From the NCBI GenBank assembly GCA_015063745.1, contig SVTO01000003.1:3212-67211 (forward strand): DNA of 64,000 nucleotides, given 5' to 3'. Positions 1-8,142 of the stretch are shown here, one piece after another. The notes beneath the pieces were generated by a model. It searched no databases and was not told the origin of the DNA. It saw only the letters and a program-made list of their open reading frames with translations. This DNA is from Oscillospiraceae bacterium. Its GTDB lineage: Bacteria; Bacillota; Clostridia; Oscillospirales; CAG-272. The position numbers and the translations under genes are program-made. How positions within the stretch are numbered: position 1 is the first letter of the stretch; each line of letters starts with the position of its first letter.

Positions 1-22
1 CAACGCTCTTGTTCAGCGGATT

Positions 23-1963
23 ATGCCCTTTATGCGGCTGGAAATTGAGCGAAGCACGGTGCGGTTGGATGAACTGCGGATTCTGCCGTTCCCTTACGGA
101 TCCATCCGTGAAGGTCAGACGGATTTTATTTCGGAAGCTTTCCGTACCATCAAAAGCGGTGGCAGGTTGTTTGTATCCGCGCCTACAGGGATTGGCAAAA
201 CCATCTCTTCCCTATATCCTTCTCTGCGTGCGATCGGTGCCGGACTGGTTGACAAGGTCTTTTACCTTACCGCAAAAACCATTACCGGGAAAGCGGCTAT
301 GGATGCGGCTGTTAAGCTTGGACAATATGCACCCCATCTGCGTACGGCTCAGTTATTGGCCAAGGAATCCATATGCAATGCTTCCGCCGAACAAAAGAAT
401 GCGGCTGTCGTGAACAGATGTATTTACTGTTCCGGTAAGCGGGATCTGGGAAACGGGACGGAATTCCGTTCTTATCGTCAGAGACAGCAGGAAGCTGTAC
501 TGTCGGTTCTGGATTCCGGAATGGTATACACGCCCGAATTGTTCAAGAAAACCGCAGCTGAGTATGCTGTCTGTCCTCACGAGCTGGCGCTGGATGTCAG
601 TGAATACTGCGATCTGATCGTATGTGATTACAATTATGTTTTCGATGATCGGATCAGGCTGCATCGGTATTTCAAGAATCCGCTGCAATTTGAAAAATAT
701 GTGTTCTGCGTGGATGAAGCGCACAATCTGCCGGATCGGGTTCGTTCTGCGTATTCTGCTTCCCTTTCTTCTGCGCAGATAGCATTTCTGCGGGTAAAGC
801 AAAAAGAATGTTTTCCCGATGACACGCCTTTTTCGGATGCACTTACGCAGGCTGAGGATTGTCTGGCTTATATCAGATCCTTATGCGATGCGGAAAGTTA
901 TTCCCATACACAAAATGGGAAAGAAGTGCGGATCGGTTATTATAAGGATGCGGAAATTCCGGAAGATTTAATTCAGTCTTTTTCGGCCCTGCTCGGGATT
1001 ATGAACAAACGCATCCGCATGGACAACGATTTTGGACCGGAATTGTTGCCGTTCAAGGATCTGATTTCTGCATTTCTTTCAGCGGCTTCTTATGCGGACA
1101 GGCATTTCTGCTTCTTCTGTACCACGGAAGATGATTTTCTGACCATGCAGATTCTTTGTCTGGATCCTGCGGGGATTATTGATCTGATGCTGAAAGCGGC
1201 CAAGGCTTCCGTTCTCTTTTCCGCTACCCTCTCCCCGGGGGAATATTATCAGAATGTTACCGGCTCCCCCGACAGTATTTACCTGGATCTTCCCTCTCCG
1301 TATGATCCGAACAATCTCTGTCTGACAGCATTTGATGGGATCAGTACACGCTTCAGCGACAGACGGGACACCAGGGAGGATGCGGCGGAGATTATTGCAC
1401 AGGCAGTCAGTGCGAAAGAAGGCAAGTATATTGCTTATTTTCCCTCTTACGAGTATATGAGGGCGGTTTGCCGGAAATTCCGGGAGGTTCTGCCCGATGT
1501 GCCTGTGATTATGCAGAAGCAGGGGATGTCCTATCGGGAGAGAGAGCAATTTATCAGGGTGTTTTCCGGCAGTAAGTATCCTCATGTTGTGGGATTCTGT
1601 GTGCTCGGCGGGATGTTCTCTGAGGGGATTGACCTGCAAGGGGATTCGCTGATCGGTGTTATTATTGTCGGTACAGGTTTGCCGGGACTTTCGGCGGAGC
1701 TGAATCTTGTGGCTGAGTATTATGAGAATACCATGGAGAAAGGGCGGGAATTTGCGTATGTATATCCCGGGATGAACAAGGTTCTTCAGGCGGCGGGCCG
1801 TGTTATCCGTTCGGAAACGGACAAAGGTATGGTTTTACTGATCGATGACCGTTACAGCACACCGGAGATGAAGCTTTTGTTTCCCCCTCATTGGGAGCAT
1901 ATACGGTTTACGGAAGATCCGGCCTCTCTGGAGAAAATTCTGGAACGGTTCTGGGATGCATAA
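23..1963 (+). CDS. DinG/XPD(Rad3)-family ATP-dependent DNA helicase with Fe-S domain
   Basis: 646-aa ORF. Walker A SAPTGIGKT and DEAH box VDEAHNLPD. A Cys cluster (ICNA..RCIYC..VCPHE) lies between them, as in Fe-S XPD/DinG helicases. C-terminal QAAGRVIRS motif. The frame stays open to position 2, so the true start could lie left of the window. Confidence 0.8.
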   Translation: MPFMRLEIERSTVRLDELRILPFPYGSIREGQTDFISEAFRTIKSGGRLFVSAPTGIGKTISSLYPSLRAIGAGLVDKVFYLTAKTITGKAAMDAAVKLGQYAPHLRTAQLLAKESICNASAEQKNAAVVNRCIYCSGKRDLGNGTEFRSYRQRQQEAVLSVLDSGMVYTPELFKKTAAEYAVCPHELALDVSEYCDLIVCDYNYVFDDRIRLHRYFKNPLQFEKYVFCVDEAHNLPDRVRSAYSASLSSAQIAFLRVKQKECFPDDTPFSDALTQAEDCLAYIRSLCDAESYSHTQNGKEVRIGYYKDAEIPEDLIQSFSALLGIMNKRIRMDNDFGPELLPFKDLISAFLSAASYADRHFCFFCTTEDDFLTMQILCLDPAGIIDLMLKAAKASVLFSATLSPGEYYQNVTGSPDSIYLDLPSPYDPNNLCLTAFDGISTRFSDRRDTREDAAEIIAQAVSAKEGKYIAYFPSYEYMRAVCRKFREVLPDVPVIMQKQGMSYREREQFIRVFSGSKYPHVVGFCVLGGMFSEGIDLQGDSLIGVIIVGTGLPGLSAELNLVAEYYENTMEKGREFAYVYPGMNKVLQAAGRVIRSETDKGMVLLIDDRYSTPEMKLLFPPHWEHIRFTEDPASLEKILERFWDA

Positions 1964-1997
1964 AAGGTGTGAAAGTTTTGCCTTCACACCTTTTTGT
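1963..1997. terminator. bidirectional rho-independent terminator between convergent genes
   Basis: Inverted repeat AAGGTGTGAA (1964-1973) / TTCACACCTT (1983-1992). It is flanked by an A-run and a T-run. Confidence 0.6.
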
Positions 1998-2002
1998 TTT
2001 AT

Positions 2003-3073
2003 TTAGATTTCGATCAGTTCCTTGGGACAGTCGGTCAGGTTGATTTTTCCGTTTTCGCTCAGATATACCATGTCTTCGATACGGCAGCCGTATTTACCTT
2101 CAAGGTAGACACCGGGTTCTACAGTTACCAGTTCGCCGGTATGCAGAACCAGATCGGTAGCTCTGGCGTTCAGGTTGGGCGCTTCGTGGATCAGCAGACC
2201 TACGCCGTGACCAAGTCCGTGGCCGAAACATCCTTCGTAACCGGCGGCGTTGATGATGTCACGGGCTACTTTATCCACGTCGCTGTTTACCTTGCCGGCT
2301 TCCACGAATTCGAGGGCGGCCAGCTGGGCTTCGAGAACTGTGTTATATACCTTCTTCATTTCCGCATCTGCTTTACCGATGCAGATGGTACGGGTCATAT
2401 CGGAGTGGTAGCCTTCGATCATGGCACCGTAGTCCATGGTCAGGAAGCCTTTTTCCAGCTTCACGGGACGCGGTACGCCATGAGGACGGGAAGACTGGGT
2501 CCCGGATACGGCGATGGTATCAAAGGAAGGCTTTTCACTACCGTTCTTCTTCATAAAGTATTCCAGTTCGGCTACAACATCGGTTTCGGTCATGTCGTAG
2601 TGGATCATGGACAGCAGGTGATGGAATGCGCCTTCTGCGATTCTCTGGGCTTTGGTAACTGCTTCGATTTCGTCAGGCGTCTTGGCTGCTCTGATTTGGG
2701 AAAACATATTTCCGGTGGGAACAAATTCACAGGTGTTCAGCTGTTCTTTGAGGCTGGTCAGTTCGTAGCAGGTCAGGGCGCGGTCTTCGTAACCGATGGT
2801 TTTGAGGTTGTATTCGTTTACGATTTCGGACAGCTTCGGTTTGCCAGGTTCGCATACGGTACAGCAGGAGAAGGCTTCCAGCTTGGCGGCTTCGAAATAG
2901 CGGAAATCGGCAAACAGCCAGGACTTGTCCAGGGTGATAAGCATATATCCGTCGGGATTGTCGAAGTGGGACATATACAGATAGTTTTCCGGCGCAATTA
3001 CGTATACGGCGTCAAGGCCTTTCTCAGCCATTGCGTCTCTCAGTCTTTTATAACGGATTTCCATGATGTTCAT
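2003..3073 (-). CDS. Xaa-Pro aminopeptidase/dipeptidase (peptidase M24B)
   Basis: 356-aa ORF with M24 signature HGLGHGVGLLIHEAP and a creatinase-like N-domain. ATG 3073 is preceded by a GAGAGGA RBS. Confidence 0.85.
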   Translation of the reverse strand: MNIMEIRYKRLRDAMAEKGLDAVYVIAPENYLYMSHFDNPDGYMLITLDKSWLFADFRYFEAAKLEAFSCCTVCEPGKPKLSEIVNEYNLKTIGYEDRALTCYELTSLKEQLNTCEFVPTGNMFSQIRAAKTPDEIEAVTKAQRIAEGAFHHLLSMIHYDMTETDVVAELEYFMKKNGSEKPSFDTIAVSGTQSSRPHGVPRPVKLEKGFLTMDYGAMIEGYHSDMTRTICIGKADAEMKKVYNTVLEAQLAALEFVEAGKVNSDVDKVARDIINAAGYEGCFGHGLGHGVGLLIHEAPNLNARATDLVLHTGELVTVEPGVYLEGKYGCRIEDMVYLSENGKINLTDCPKELIEI

Positions 3074-3078
3074 TGGTT

Positions 3079-3594
3079 TTATCCTCTCTTTTCTTTCCGT
3101 TTATTATATTTTTTCATATATGGGATTTCGATAAGGCGTTTGGTTTTATTGAACAGATCCGTACGGTCCTTGATGGGGGGGACGATCACGGTGTACAGTC
3201 CTGCCTGTTTGCCGCAGGCGGCGTCAGTCAGAAGCTGGTCTCCCAGAAATACAGTTTCCTCCGGTGAGGCGGTCAGTTCGGCAAGGACTTTTTTTAATAC
3301 CTTTATGCCCGGTTTGCCGGCATCGGCGTATGCGGTATAGCCCAGCTTTTCGTTGAACTTTTCAATACGCGGCGGGTGGTTATTGGACAGGAAGGCAATT
3401 TTTATACCCGCTGCTTCCAAGGATTTGAGCCATGTCAGTACGGCTTCGGTGGGTTCCGGATCGCCGTAGGTTACGAGGGTGTTGTCTATATCCGAAACGA
3501 TATATTTTTTGCCTGCCTGCTGCATGTATTCGGGGGTCAGATCCGAAAACTTTTCCAGTACCAGATCGGGGATCAGGTAGGTTTCAAAAAGCAT
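3079..3594 (-). CDS. yqeG: YqeG-family HAD phosphatase (subfamily IIIA)
   Basis: 171-aa ORF with HAD motif I VSDIDNTL, LSNN, and motif GDQLLTD. Size matches YqeG-type proteins. AGAGGAG RBS. Confidence 0.7.
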   Translation of the reverse strand: MLFETYLIPDLVLEKFSDLTPEYMQQAGKKYIVSDIDNTLVTYGDPEPTEAVLTWLKSLEAAGIKIAFLSNNHPPRIEKFNEKLGYTAYADAGKPGIKVLKKVLAELTASPEETVFLGDQLLTDAACGKQAGLYTVIVPPIKDRTDLFNKTKRLIEIPYMKKYNKRKEKRG

Positions 3595-3693
3595 GTTATT
3601 CTCCTCTTGTGGGTTGCTTGGATAACCATACCAATATCATACCATATTTTAATCAAAAAAGAAAGTGTATTTCGGAATTTCCTGCAGAAATAT

Positions 3694-3737
3694 AAAAATA
3701 CAGACCCATGCCGGGCACAGGTCTGTATATATTTTTT
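3694..3737 (-). terminator. rho-independent terminator downstream of the Cys-rich gene
   Basis: Stem ATACAGACC (3698-3706) / GGTCTGTAT (3720-3728) with flanking A- and T-runs. Confidence 0.6.
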
Positions 3738-4302
3738 ATTCGGCTTTATCTTCTTCGCAGCAGCATTCTTCTGTGTTTTCTTCACAGCAGCATTCTTCTG
3801 CTTTTTCTTCGCAGCAGCAGCACTCTTCTGAGTTCTCTTCACAGCAACATTCCTCTGCCTTTTCTTCACAGCAGCAGCACTCTTCTGTGCTTTCTTCACA
3901 GCAACATTCCTCTGCCTTTTCTTCGCAGCAGCATTCTTCCTTTGCAGGTGTTTTAGTTCCGCAGATAGGACAGAAGTTGCAGGTATTGCTGATTTCGTTG
4001 CCGCAGCTTTCGCATACGATAACCTTTTTCAGAGATGCGATCTTCTTCTTCAGAGAAGCAACCTTTGCCTTGCTCTTGTCGATCTGCATGATGTATTCGG
4101 CAATTACTTCAGCGTTGTCGGTGCCGTCCCGTTCTGCTTCGTAAAACAGACGTCCGATTTCCTTGTAGAGTTCGGTCATCTTGTTTTCTTCGCTCTTAAC
4201 TGCCATGGTTGCCTTGGCAATGGCGGTCAGTTCGTTGGTTTTCTTTTTGGTTGCGTCAGCCGCTGTTTTAGCGTTCTTTTTCAGATCATCAAAAAATGCC
4301 AT
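3736..4302 (-). CDS. zinc-ribbon protein with C-terminal EECCC(C)EE tandem-repeat tail (function unknown)
   Basis: 188-aa ORF. Lys-rich helical N-half, then a CESCGNEISNTCNFCPICG zinc-ribbon-like motif, then 7 acidic Cys-triplet/quadruplet repeats. It is co-oriented 35 nt downstream of the esterase gene and followed by a terminator. Confidence 0.7.
   Translation of the reverse strand: MAFFDDLKKNAKTAADATKKKTNELTAIAKATMAVKSEENKMTELYKEIGRLFYEAERDGTDNAEVIAEYIMQIDKSKAKVASLKKKIASLKKVIVCESCGNEISNTCNFCPICGTKTPAKEECCCEEKAEECCCEESTEECCCCEEKAEECCCEENSEECCCCEEKAEECCCEENTEECCCEEDKAE
3751..3939 (-). repeat. in-frame coding tandem repeat (27-30 nt units, 57-nt higher-order period)
   Basis: Encodes EECCCEE-KA-EECCCEE-ST-EECCCCEE-KA-EECCCEE-NS-EECCCCEE-KA-EECCCEE-NT-EECCCEE. 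An exact 30-mer TTCACAGCAACATTCCTCTGCCTTTTCTTC occurs at 3838-3867 and 3895-3924. Confidence 0.9.
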
Positions 4303-4336
4303 GTTATCAAATCCCTTCTGTATTTTGTATTTGGAA

Positions 4337-5008
4337 TCAGCCGCGCTTCTGTGCTGCGAGCCATTCGATCATATCGGTCTGTTCATAGGCCGGTACCCAG
4401 CTTGCGTGACCTACCTTATCGTATGCGGTAAGGGTTACGCGTGCGCCATGCTTTCTGGCACAGGCTACCATTTCGGCGGAGTTATTGAAGGGTACGAGGT
4501 CGTCGTCCAGGCCATGAAAGGCACGGATCTTCATACCGGTCAGCGCATCGGTTCTCCAGGACAGGCCGCCGCCGCATACGGGTGCGCCGCAGGAGAATTC
4601 CTTGGGGTAGGTTGTGAGCATATCCCATGTACCGAAACCGCCCATGGACAGGCCGGTGATGGATACGCGGTCTTCATCGCCGTTGAGCATGGCTACCACT
4701 TCACGGATCCACTTCATCAGGGGATGTACCAGGTGGTTCCATACCATGTTTACGGGGCACTGAGGGGATACGGTGATTACACGCAGTCCCTTATAGTCGG
4801 GATCGGCGGAGAAAAGCTTCGGAACACCGTTTACCTTTACGATTTCAATCTGTTCGGGGCTTCCGTCACCGCGTTCGCCTGCACCGTGGAGGAATACGAT
4901 TACGGGCAGCTTTTCCTTTGCGGGGTCAAAGCCGGTGGGGGTTGTAATGATGCCGGCGAGTCTGCCGCATACTTCTGCTTCGGACTGATAATAGAATACT
5001 CTTTCCAT
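4337..5008 (-). CDS. alpha/beta-hydrolase esterase (carboxylesterase / PHB-depolymerase-like)
   Basis: 223-aa ORF with PVIVFLHGAGERG, nucleophile elbow GLSMGG, and a C-terminal His context GHASW. Confidence 0.65.
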   Translation of the reverse strand: MERVFYYQSEAEVCGRLAGIITTPTGFDPAKEKLPVIVFLHGAGERGDGSPEQIEIVKVNGVPKLFSADPDYKGLRVITVSPQCPVNMVWNHLVHPLMKWIREVVAMLNGDEDRVSITGLSMGGFGTWDMLTTYPKEFSCGAPVCGGGLSWRTDALTGMKIRAFHGLDDDLVPFNNSAEMVACARKHGARVTLTAYDKVGHASWVPAYEQTDMIEWLAAQKRG

Positions 5009-5220
5009 TTTTTCTTCTCCCTTATGTCATATGTCATATATCCAATGCCTGTCTTGGCCGGAATTTTGCTTTTTTATTATTATACAATATTTTTCCCCGC
5101 CTGTCAAATCGTATTTCCCTGTCTTTATGAATATTTTGCCGATATACTATAAATATTTTTGCGGGTTTCTGTAAATACTTTCTTTGGGGATATTTCGGAT
5201 AATTTTCGCGGAGGTTTTGA

Positions 5221-5661
5221 ATGAATACAGATCTGAAAACATATAAACGGTATGCGCAGGGGCGGGCTAAAAAGTCCCCGGTTATCAGAGACTGCATATG
5301 GGCTTTCTGTTCGGGAGGCGGAATCTGCGTTTTCGCGCAATGGATAAAGAACGGGCTGCTATCCGGCGGTACGGAGGAAAAAACTGCCGGGATGCTCGTT
5401 TCGGTGATTCTGATCGGTATTGCGTCGATTCTTACGGCTTTCGGGGTATTTGACAAGATCGCCAAGCACACCGGTGCGGGGACTCTTGTGCCGATTACGG
5501 GGTTCTCCAACGGGATCTCTTCCAGTGCGATTGATGCACGTTCGGAGGGTTTTGTGCTCGGGGTTGGGGCTAAGATGTTCCAGATTGCGGGGCCTGTGAT
5601 CCTGTATGGGTTATCGACAGGGGTGATTTATGGAATGATTTACTGGATAATTGGCTTATGA
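5221..5661 (+). CDS. spoVAC: stage V sporulation protein AC
   Basis: 146-aa ORF, collinear with the remembered B. subtilis SpoVAC sequence (GAGTLVPITGFSNGISSSAIDARSEGFVLGVGAKMF). Four hydrophobic segments. Confidence 0.88.
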   Translation: MNTDLKTYKRYAQGRAKKSPVIRDCIWAFCSGGGICVFAQWIKNGLLSGGTEEKTAGMLVSVILIGIASILTAFGVFDKIAKHTGAGTLVPITGFSNGISSSAIDARSEGFVLGVGAKMFQIAGPVILYGLSTGVIYGMIYWIIGL

Positions 5662-5666
5662 TAAAG

Positions 5667-5697
5667 AAAAGTGACGACTGATGCCGTCACTTTTTTT
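5667..5697. terminator. bidirectional rho-independent terminator
   Basis: Stem GTGACG (5671-5676) / CGTCAC (5685-5690). A-run upstream and T7 downstream. Lies between convergent spoVAC and the deacetylase gene. Confidence 0.65.
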
Positions 5698-5698
5698 G

Positions 5699-6391
5699 TT
5701 ATAGCAGAACTTCTTTATTGGTTCCGTAAAAGATATCACTTTTGTTGCTGATCAGTTTGAAGAAATCCTCCAGACGGTTCCAGTAATCCGGCGCATAGTC
5801 CATTTCGTAGGAATGTCCCCAGATATAAAAGATTTGCGGCGTTTTAGCTTCAAGGGCGACAAATTTTTGTCCCAGTTCCATCAGCGTATCAAAGTTCAGA
5901 TGATACACGCTGGGGTTGAAGCGGTACAGATTGTTCTGGGGATCGAAATTGCTGGTACAGGTGATCGTTCGGCAGTACTTTACGCCTGTGTTTTCTTTGA
6001 TGATTTTCGCGGTTCGGTCGTCATTGTTCACGCCACCACAGGGATAAGCCATTCCGATGACTTCATAGCCCACCATTTCGGACAGATTCAGGCGGTCTTT
6101 TTCGACCTGCCGGATAATTTCTTCGTCCGTTAAACCTGTCAGGTTCGGGTGGGTAAGGGTGTGTACTGCTACTTCATGACCTTCGTACACGCTTTTTACG
6201 TCTTCCGGCTCCAGCTTGAAGTGGGTGATTTTCTTTTCTCCGTAGTCAAATATATCTTTTTTTCCGAGCAATTCGGAATTGATATTGAAGGTACATTTTA
6301 ATCCGTATTTATTCAGCAGCTCGATCAGTCTGATATCCTGGGTAACGCCGTCATCATAGCTGAATGTGACGGTTTTCATCTTTTTATTCAT
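5699..6391 (-). CDS. polysaccharide deacetylase (CE4/NodB homology domain)
   Basis: 230-aa ORF with CE4 motifs FSYDDG and HTLTHP. Confidence 0.75.
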   Translation of the reverse strand: MNKKMKTVTFSYDDGVTQDIRLIELLNKYGLKCTFNINSELLGKKDIFDYGEKKITHFKLEPEDVKSVYEGHEVAVHTLTHPNLTGLTDEEIIRQVEKDRLNLSEMVGYEVIGMAYPCGGVNNDDRTAKIIKENTGVKYCRTITCTSNFDPQNNLYRFNPSVYHLNFDTLMELGQKFVALEAKTPQIFYIWGHSYEMDYAPDYWNRLEDFFKLISNKSDIFYGTNKEVLL

Positions 6392-6415
6392 GTCTATACC
6401 TTCTTTCTGCTCTTA

Positions 6416-7618
6416 TCATTTATTGGAGTAAAGCTTAGCAAGTCCGCCTTCGGAGGTTTCTCTGTAGAGGTGGGACAGATCCTTCCCTGTCTGGTACATG
6501 GTTTCCACCACCACATCAAAAGAAATTTTCCGGCTGGCATACAGGAAATTTGCAAGGCTGAGTGCGTTGATGGCACGCATGGCAGCTACGGCATTCCGTT
6601 CAATGCAGGGAATCTGCACCAAGCCGCATACGGGGTCGCAGGTGAGCCCGAGATGGTGCTCCATGGCCACTTCCGCTGCGTATTCGATCTGATCAATGCC
6701 CATTTCAAAAAGCTCACACAGGGCAGCTGATGCCATTGTACAGGCTGTTCCGATTTCCGCCTGGCATCCGCATTCCGCTCCGCTGATGGAGGCGTTTGTG
6801 CTGACGATATTTCCGATCAGGCCTGCAACAGCCAGGGCGCGGATGATGTCATCATCGGTGAAATGTTTTTTCTCCTGCATATATTTCAGCACCGCGGGAA
6901 CGACTCCGCAGGCGCCGCAGGTCGGAGCGGTTACTATGATACCGCAATCGGCGTTCTGTTCGCTTACAGCGAAGGCATAAGCACATACGAGGCGGTTTTC
7001 TTTGGTTTGGGGGCTTTCGTCGATGTGTTTCTGATTATACAGGAACTGTGCTTTTCTCTCCACTTCCAGGCCGCCAGGCAGTTTTCCTGTTTTACTCAAG
7101 CCTTCGAATATGGCGTTCTGCATGGTTTTCCATACGTTCATAAGGAAAGGCTTGATGTCGGACTGTTCATGGGCAAATACGTAGTCTGACAGGCGGATAT
7201 TATGGCTTTTACAGTATGCGGCGATATCGCTGAATGTCCGATGAGGGTAGATTTCCGGTGGAGCGAGTACTTTATCGCCGTCACCGCGGATTTCACCTCC
7301 GCCTATGCTATAGTAACGTTTTCGACCAATTTCGGATTCGTTGGTAAAGGCAATAAAATCCACGGTATTGGGATGACGGAAATCCGTTGATTCTTTGGAG
7401 AAGCAGATATGGGTTTCCACGTCCTTGAGGGTTTCCGAGATAGCTCTGTCCGTACCGTGGCCTTTTCCGGTTTTGGACAATGAGCCGTACAGAACGGCTT
7501 CAATTTTATCGGCCGTTGGGTACAGTTCGCGGAAATGTGCTGCTGCGTAGGCGGGGCCCATGGTATGGGAGCTGGAGGGGCCGCAGCCGATTTTGTATAT
7601 ATTTTTGATGGATTTCAT
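6416..7618 (-). CDS. sdaA: L-serine ammonia-lyase (Fe-S dependent, single-chain beta+alpha)
   Basis: 400-aa ORF. N-terminus KIGCGPSSSHTMGP matches L-serine dehydratases. Cys contexts PTCGACG and ECGCQAE are present. Confidence 0.85.
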   Translation of the reverse strand: MKSIKNIYKIGCGPSSSHTMGPAYAAAHFRELYPTADKIEAVLYGSLSKTGKGHGTDRAISETLKDVETHICFSKESTDFRHPNTVDFIAFTNESEIGRKRYYSIGGGEIRGDGDKVLAPPEIYPHRTFSDIAAYCKSHNIRLSDYVFAHEQSDIKPFLMNVWKTMQNAIFEGLSKTGKLPGGLEVERKAQFLYNQKHIDESPQTKENRLVCAYAFAVSEQNADCGIIVTAPTCGACGVVPAVLKYMQEKKHFTDDDIIRALAVAGLIGNIVSTNASISGAECGCQAEIGTACTMASAALCELFEMGIDQIEYAAEVAMEHHLGLTCDPVCGLVQIPCIERNAVAAMRAINALSLANFLYASRKISFDVVVETMYQTGKDLSHLYRETSEGGLAKLYSNK

Positions 7619-7950
7619 GTGATTTCACCTTTTTTTGCAAAAGCACAGAGGCAGAAAAATACCGACTGGAATACATATTTTATGCCTTGTGAACGCAGAC
7701 TTTTGAAAAATACAGGGCCTGCTTCATACCCGAGTGTAAAACAGAACAAAACGGAAAATACAGTGACCAGCATTCCCGGTATTTCAAAAGTTGTGAGCCG
7801 ACTTAAGAAAAATGCGGTCAACAATGTACCGATGGTTGCGCCGACAGTAATATTGCCTATCTTAATGATACCGACACAGTATCCGACAGCAAGCGAAATG
7901 AATATTGCTAATATTGGATTATTTGATAAAAAATCTAAGATGATATCCAT
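7615..7950 (-). CDS. small membrane protein resembling the N-terminal ~100 aa of YidE/YbjL/AspT transporters (possible truncated remnant)
   Basis: 111-aa ORF with about 3 hydrophobic helices. ILAIFISLAVGYCVGIIKIGNITVGATIGTLL resembles the start of ~550-aa YidE/YbjL proteins. Its stop overlaps the sdaA ATG (ATGA at 7615-7618). Confidence 0.4.
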   Translation of the reverse strand: MDIILDFLSNNPILAIFISLAVGYCVGIIKIGNITVGATIGTLLTAFFLSRLTTFEIPGMLVTVFSVLFCFTLGYEAGPVFFKSLRSQGIKYVFQSVFFCLCAFAKKGEIT

Positions 7951-8051
7951 ATTGAACCTTCTTAAAAAATAATATACTCAAGGTATGCCACCATATTATG
8001 TTCACGAAAAGCTTTTCAAATGTTTGATTGGTATCGTTTTACCACACCCCT

Positions 8052-8080
8052 ATTATACTCGCTTTTCCACTTTTGTGCAA
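8052..8080 (-). promoter_or_regulatory. sigma-A-type promoter for the small-ORF/sdaA/deacetylase operon
   Basis: On the minus strand: TTGCAC (8080-8075), 17-nt spacer, TATAAT (8057-8052). Confidence 0.45.
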
Positions 8081-8142
8081 TATTAATTTTTCAATCAAGA
8101 CACAATATTAGAGCTTCTATTTTTAAAATTATAATTTTAAGA

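Noticed and set aside
3665-4144. Plus-strand ORFs with SSQQHSS / LHSSIL repeats (3665-4144 and 3708-3956).
   Set aside because: They are alternative-frame and opposite-strand readings of the same nucleotide tandem repeat. The minus-strand reading continues into a zinc-ribbon domain, has a start with an upstream purine-rich element, and has a terminator, so it is the plausible gene.
5100-5220. Possible sigma-G/F forespore promoter upstream of spoVAC (GAATA ... ATACTA).
   Set aside because: The spacing between the -35-like and -10-like elements is about 10 nt, far from the 17-18 nt required. No convincing alternative is present.
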